Source: a virus | Taxonomy: Duplodnaviria > Caudoviricetes | Virus record (IMG/VR): IMGVR_UViG_3300036868_000046 | Coordinates: 14,783-78,782 of that record | Length of the DNA: 64,000 bases | Direction: 5' to 3' (one strand) | In this document: one piece after another, positions 59,778 through 64,000 of the stretch | How positions within the stretch are numbered: the stretch's first letter is position 1 | How the letters are laid out: each line of letters starts with the position of its first letter | The notes under the pieces: generated by a model | Database searches by the model: none | Seen by the model: the letters and a program-made list of their open reading frames with translations, nothing else | Told to the model about the DNA's origin: nothing | Position numbers and translations under genes: made by a program

Positions 59778-60188
59778 ATGGGAACGCGTGCGGATTTCTA
59801 TATCGGGACTGGTCCCAATGCCGTGTGGCTCGGATCGACGAGCTATGACGGCTACCCGGATGGATGGGGGAAGGGGCCGCTTGCGGCCTCCTCGGAGGAC
59901 GAATTTCGTGCCGCGGTTGAACACATGCTGACGCATGCCGAACTCGCGACGCGCCCAACGGAGGGCTGGCCGTGGCCTTGGCCTGACTCTCGTATCACCG
60001 ACTATGCATATGCATGGGATCCAACGAATGGAGCGATGGTCTCGGTATTCGGGCGGAAATATGCGAAGGACGAGGCCACCAGCTATGATGGCCGGAAGTT
60101 GCGCGATGACGAGGTGGTGGACATGCGGAAGGTCCCCAACGGGGACATCCTGGGGAAATCCGGCCTCGTGTTTTTGAAAACCTCGTAG
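59778..60188 (+). CDS. Hypothetical phage protein
   Basis: AAGGAG RBS; MGTRADFY...WLGS...DGYP...WPWPW.DSR.TDYAY. Confidence 0.75.
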   Translation: MGTRADFYIGTGPNAVWLGSTSYDGYPDGWGKGPLAASSEDEFRAAVEHMLTHAELATRPTEGWPWPWPDSRITDYAYAWDPTNGAMVSVFGRKYAKDEATSYDGRKLRDDEVVDMRKVPNGDILGKSGLVFLKTS

Positions 60189-60199
60189 AATCGACGGCC

Positions 60200-60355
60200 A
60201 TGGCTCACACCAACCACGCACCGGCCGCTCGCGGGGTCAGCCAGCTCATGTACGTGGGCGATGACCAGGCGACGGCGCCATCCAAGCTCCCCACCGCCCT
60301 GACCGTCGCCATCGTGCTCGCGATCGGCTGGTGGCTCGTGGGGCGCAGGCGATGA
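60200..60355 (+). CDS. Small virion-type membrane protein (51 aa)
   Basis: Translated by hand: MAHTNHAPAARGVSQLMYVGDDQATAPSKLPTALTVAIVLAIGWWLVGRRR; TAGAAT upstream. Confidence 0.55.
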   Translation: MAHTNHAPAARGVSQLMYVGDDQATAPSKLPTALTVAIVLAIGWWLVGRRR

Positions 60356-60798
60356 TCACCGAGATCCGCGCGCTGCGGCTGCACGAGATCCGGTCTCAGC
60401 TGGGAACGCCCGCGCACCGCTTGCCCTATCACCCCTTCCGCCTCCTCCAACCACTCGCCCAAGACCATGAGGACCTCATGCCAGACGTGACCATCCCTGT
60501 CGGAAGCTACAGCATCTGGACCATCAGCGTGACCCAGGCGAACGGCCAGCCGGACACGACCTCGCCGATCACCGTCAACGCGGCGCAGCCCGGCTTCGTG
60601 CTGCTCGATCCGGTCGTCCCGAGCGCCGGCAACCGCCAGTTCTACGTCAGCGGCATCGCGATCACCTCGAACGTCACCCTGGTGGCCACCGACCTGGCGG
60701 GGCGCCATGCGTTCGCGCAGGTCACCGTGTCGCAGGTCGACCTCAGCGGCATCGCGAGCGGCGGCTTCGGGCCGGTATTCCAGGGGCCGCATCCCTGA
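60352..60798 (+). CDS. Ig-like beta protein (start may be 60478)
   Basis: Beta-strand pattern, VTLVATD...AQVTV. Confidence 0.55.
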   Translation: MITEIRALRLHEIRSQLGTPAHRLPYHPFRLLQPLAQDHEDLMPDVTIPVGSYSIWTISVTQANGQPDTTSPITVNAAQPGFVLLDPVVPSAGNRQFYVSGIAITSNVTLVATDLAGRHAFAQVTVSQVDLSGIASGGFGPVFQGPHP

Positions 60799-60830
60799 AA
60801 TGGCGCGACGTCACACGTAGGAGATTCGAG

Positions 60831-61127
60831 ATGGAACCTGTATCCGAAGACGACCGTGAAGCCTTGCTCAAGGCAGTCGCGCTGCTCCTGCCCCTGGTGG
60901 AGCGGTACCACGGCTCGCTCCTCATCCTGAACCGACGGGCGATGATGGTCACCGTGACGACCAGCGTGATCCCGGCGGACCCGTTCTTGATCGGTGGAAC
61001 GAGCCTTCCACTTCCTCCTTCGGCCGTCGTGTATGTCCGGGATCGTGCAGCGGCCCTGCTACCGGACTGGAGCATGTCGCCGATCGATGGGACCCGCTTC
61101 TTCGCTTCCAGGAAGGACTCCCAGTGA
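60831..61127 (+). CDS. Hypothetical protein
   Basis: AGGAG RBS. Confidence 0.6.
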   Translation: MEPVSEDDREALLKAVALLLPLVERYHGSLLILNRRAMMVTVTTSVIPADPFLIGGTSLPLPPSAVVYVRDRAAALLPDWSMSPIDGTRFFASRKDSQ

Positions 61128-62260
61128 CCCGCGTCCGCTACTACGGCCACATCGGCGCGCCGACCGGCTATGCGATCGCCGGCGCCGAGATGTGCATGGC
61201 GATGCTCGACGCCGGCATCGAGCTCGACATCATGACCACCGGCAAACGGCTGGAGTCGGAGTACCAGGCGCTCCTTGCAAGCATCAAGGACGAGAAAGAC
61301 GCCCACCCGGAGCCCGACACGGTGATCGTGCACACCCTGCCGCTCGACTGCCACAAGGTGGTCGAGCGCATCGAGGAGAGCCTGCCGGCGTCGACCACAT
61401 ATATCGCCTACACCACCTGGGAGGGGAGAGGGGAACCGCCTCGCGAGATCATGAAGGCGCTCATGTCATTCGATCGGGTCTGGGTCCCGTCGTCCGCATC
61501 GCGACTTCCCATGCCGGGATGCATCATCGTGCCACACGCCTATGACCCGGCCGCGTACCCACCGATCGACGCGCCGCCGCGGGACCACCAGGGACAGCCG
61601 TATAGGTTCTACACCATCGGCGCGTGGACAGCCCGCAAGAACCCCGAGGGCGTCATCCGAGCGTATCTGCGCGCGTTCCGGCGCGGAGACTCGGTCGAGC
61701 TGGTGATCCACAGCGTGGGCGCCCCCCCGTATGCGGTGGAGCTGGCGGTGCTCGCAGCCACCGGGAACAGCCAAGAGCAGGAGGCGCCCATCGTGTTTTC
61801 GACCGAGGAGCTGACGAGCGCCGGGATCCACGAACTCCACCGACGGTCCGACTGCTTCGTCTCGGCGAGCCATGGCGAGGCGTGGAACATGCCCGCCTTC
61901 GACGCGATGCTGTACAGAAACCGCATCATCGTGCCCGACGCCCATGGCAGCTATGACTACCTGTACCACACGGGAGCCTGGTTCTACCAAGGCATGAACG
62001 GCCCGGCGATGGGCGATGTCCGGCTGCAGTACGACCCGAGCGGGCGATGTGCCGCGCAGTTCATCGGCGGTCAGTGTCTCGACGTGCGCGCGCTGTGGTC
62101 GGAGCCAAACCTGGTGGATCTGGCGAGCCGCATGACCGAGGTGATGCACGGCAAGCAGCCTCTTCGCTACAAGGATGGCTTCGATCCCGCCACACAATTC
62201 AGTCGCCAGGTCGTCGGCGCGAAGATCCGACGGCTCCTGGAAGGAAAGGATCCGAGATGA
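61124..62260 (+). CDS. GT-B (GT4-like) glycosyltransferase
   Basis: TGYAIAG, FYTIGAWTARKNP, DCFVSASHGEAWNMPAFDAM. Confidence 0.88.
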   Translation: MTRVRYYGHIGAPTGYAIAGAEMCMAMLDAGIELDIMTTGKRLESEYQALLASIKDEKDAHPEPDTVIVHTLPLDCHKVVERIEESLPASTTYIAYTTWEGRGEPPREIMKALMSFDRVWVPSSASRLPMPGCIIVPHAYDPAAYPPIDAPPRDHQGQPYRFYTIGAWTARKNPEGVIRAYLRAFRRGDSVELVIHSVGAPPYAVELAVLAATGNSQEQEAPIVFSTEELTSAGIHELHRRSDCFVSASHGEAWNMPAFDAMLYRNRIIVPDAHGSYDYLYHTGAWFYQGMNGPAMGDVRLQYDPSGRCAAQFIGGQCLDVRALWSEPNLVDLASRMTEVMHGKQPLRYKDGFDPATQFSRQVVGAKIRRLLEGKDPR

Positions 62261-62781
62261 ACCCGCAGATGCCAGAGAAGCTCGATACCGCGTACGAGAA
62301 CCTGACCAATGCCGCCATGAACCTTGCCCGGTGGTTCTTGTGGCTCGAGGATTACGGCCTCGCCCGCAACGTCATCTATGCCGAGTTCGAGGTCAGGGTC
62401 TGGCAACGGATGCAGGAGATTCGGCCCGATCAGGTGTTCCGGACGGCCAATGCGGCCCTGTCCCTCAGGGATTCGTTCGACCCCGCCCCCACCGCGGACC
62501 GCCTCCGGGCCCGGTTGGAGCGTGCGCGACACGAGACCGGGGCCCGCTCCGTCAACTGCACGGTCATGTTGCGGGGCGCCCCGGGCGAGCTGACGGGCGT
62601 CGTCACCGATGATGGCCGCGGGTTCAAGATGATGTGCCCGGCTGCCAAGCCGAGTCCCGCGGCCCGGCTCGCGCAGGACGCCGAGATGGTCGAGGTCTAC
62701 TTCGACGGACTGGACATCCTGGCCGTGGCCTTCCCGGTCAAGGTCACCGTCGACGGGACGAAGATCCACGTCTCCTCCTAG
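62257..62781 (+). CDS. Hypothetical protein
   Basis: ATGA overlap; AAGGA RBS. Confidence 0.6.
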   Translation: MNPQMPEKLDTAYENLTNAAMNLARWFLWLEDYGLARNVIYAEFEVRVWQRMQEIRPDQVFRTANAALSLRDSFDPAPTADRLRARLERARHETGARSVNCTVMLRGAPGELTGVVTDDGRGFKMMCPAAKPSPAARLAQDAEMVEVYFDGLDILAVAFPVKVTVDGTKIHVSS

Positions 62782-63161
62782 TCGATGAGGATCGTGAGGA
62801 CTGACTCCTCGAGCGCGTGGACGGTCTCATCGATGCGCCCCTGCAGCCACGCGCGATAGGCCGCGTCGCCCTGGATGCCGGACTTCTCGATGGCCTTCTG
62901 ATTGTCCTCGATCCACACCCGCCGGGGCCTGCCCGCGTTGAGGTGCTCGGTCTGCACCTGGCAGAAGTTCATGATGTAGGGGCCGATGCCGCCTGGGATC
63001 ACGACGCCAGGGTCGGCGGCGATCTTCTTGGCGATCTCCTCCGGCGTGAGCCCGAGATCGCCGGTCTGGTCGAGCGTTCCCTCCTCGCCGCGGCCGTCGA
63101 GGTAGAACGTCAGGAGGGTGTTGGGCGGGCTTGGCATCCGTGATCTGGTCATCACCGTCAT
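62778..63161 (-). CDS. Hypothetical protein
   Basis: 127-aa ORF, convergent with 62257..62781. Confidence 0.55.
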   Translation of the reverse strand: MTVMTRSRMPSPPNTLLTFYLDGRGEEGTLDQTGDLGLTPEEIAKKIAADPGVVIPGGIGPYIMNFCQVQTEHLNAGRPRRVWIEDNQKAIEKSGIQGDAAYRAWLQGRIDETVHALEESVLTILID

Positions 63162-63220
63162 CCTACTTGACGACCACGAGGGCCGGACAGTAGATTGTCA
63201 CACAATGAGGAGCAAGAGCC

Positions 63221-63571
63221 GTGGATGACGAGCTCGCGAGACGGCGCGCGGCCAAACGCCGCGCCGAGCGGCCAGCCGGGCTGCACTGGAGGATCCGGCT
63301 CCAGTGGAGCCCCAGGTGGGAGATCGACCTGAACGCTTCCGGCACGTGGCGGATCGCCGTGCTCGGCATCCCTTTGGTCGTCGTGGTGGTCGCCATGTGC
63401 GTGACCGCGCTCGATACCATCGTCCACTGGGTGAGGGAGGACAGCTGGAAGCTCCTCGCTTTCGCCGTCGCGCTGACCGTCCTCGCGACCGGCAAGATCA
63501 TCCAGGAGATCCGGATGTTCACGGAGCCGGTCCCCTACGAAGAGGACGATAACCACCCGGAGGCAGGATGA
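63221..63571 (+). CDS. Two-TM membrane protein
   Basis: GAGGAG RBS; two hydrophobic helices. Confidence 0.55.
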   Translation: MDDELARRRAAKRRAERPAGLHWRIRLQWSPRWEIDLNASGTWRIAVLGIPLVVVVVAMCVTALDTIVHWVREDSWKLLAFAVALTVLATGKIIQEIRMFTEPVPYEEDDNHPEAG

Positions 63572-64000
63572 TGCGCGCGTTTCACGGAGACCCGAAGATC
63601 AAGGAGAATTACCTGGCGCGGGTCGCGGAGCACATGCGCCTGGACCAGGTGATCCAGGGGCATGGCTGGGACCGATCGACGCAGCGCGGGTGTGCAGTGG
63701 GGTGCACGCTCGACGCCTACGATCATGGCCGCTATCCAGTCGAGCTCGGCATTCCGACAGAGGTTGCCCACGTCGAGGACCGGATGCACGAGCTGCAGAC
63801 GCTAGATGACGCGAAGCAATGGCCTCAGCGGTTTCTGTCGGCTATCGAGCCGGGGGCGGATCTCGGCGGCGTGTGGCCGAAGTTCGCCATCTGGCTCCTC
63901 GTCGATGACACGTGGGGTGTCGTCCGGTTCGCGGAGGGCCGCGCCGACGTGCGCGCGGCCATCGAGCGCGTCGCCGAGCTGTATCGCATCGGCGGAACGC
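63568..64000 (+). CDS. Conserved phage protein (AFHGDP...GCAVGCTL family), 3'-truncated by the window
   Basis: MRAFHGDPKIKENYLARV..H...GCAVGCTLDAYDH.RYPVELGIP...WPQRFLSAIEPGADL. Confidence 0.75.
   Translation, partial: MMRAFHGDPKIKENYLARVAEHMRLDQVIQGHGWDRSTQRGCAVGCTLDAYDHGRYPVELGIPTEVAHVEDRMHELQTLDDAKQWPQRFLSAIEPGADLGGVWPKFAIWLLVDDTWGVVRFAEGRADVRAAIERVAELYRIGGT

Noticed and set aside
123-63789. Long overlapping or antisense ORFs (e.g. 8172..10469 -, 9919..12045 +, 22181..23950 +, 24580..26748 +)
   Set aside because: These are high-GC shadow frames rich in Arg/Gly/Pro, opposite or out of frame to genes with recognisable motifs and coupled starts.
32035-64000. The 124-bp repeat pair as a diversity-generating retroelement TR/VR
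   Set aside because: The three differences (T/G, C/G, G/A) are not adenine-specific, and no reverse transcriptase is seen.
1-64000. tRNA/rRNA genes, IS transposases, cas genes, terminase/portal/tail genes, packaging ATPase
   Set aside because: No supporting motifs were recognised in this window; absence by eye is not proof.

Overview
This is a high-GC segment of a large, probably temperate bacterial virus; no cellular housekeeping genes are visible. The left part (about 5.4-26.6 kb, minus strand) is a long virion operon. It holds two adjacent ~200-aa proteins that look like single-jelly-roll major capsid proteins (Sphaerolipoviridae/P23-77-like, tail-less, internal membrane), a protamine-like RRNP-repeat core protein, about 15 small membrane proteins sharing an N-terminal M-x-Y-x-K/R...[LM]G(D/A/S) leader, and a transglutaminase-fold Cys protease candidate. 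At 2.2-3.7 kb is a cas-less CRISPR array (36-bp type III-like repeat) that decays into short-spaced variants. The same GTCTCA-stem-loop-TGAGC hairpin recurs in three other clusters with covarying stems. The most striking feature is the plus-strand accessory region at 28.5-32.8 kb. There, small genes are separated by five complete type II hammerhead ribozymes plus one half copy, with covarying stems and a covarying loop-I pseudoknot; each starts at a TAG stop codon and ends just before the next start region. Two copies of a second, unassigned pseudoknot motif occupy the same kind of slot. Further right are ParB, two diverged capsid-protein paralogs, lysis genes, a tyrosine recombinase, a kinase and a phosphatase, an orphan HAMP sensor, a replication initiator, a DNA methyltransferase and a glycosylation cluster. 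All family assignments come from motif recognition by eye; no database search was run. The host (possibly Myxococcota) is an inference.
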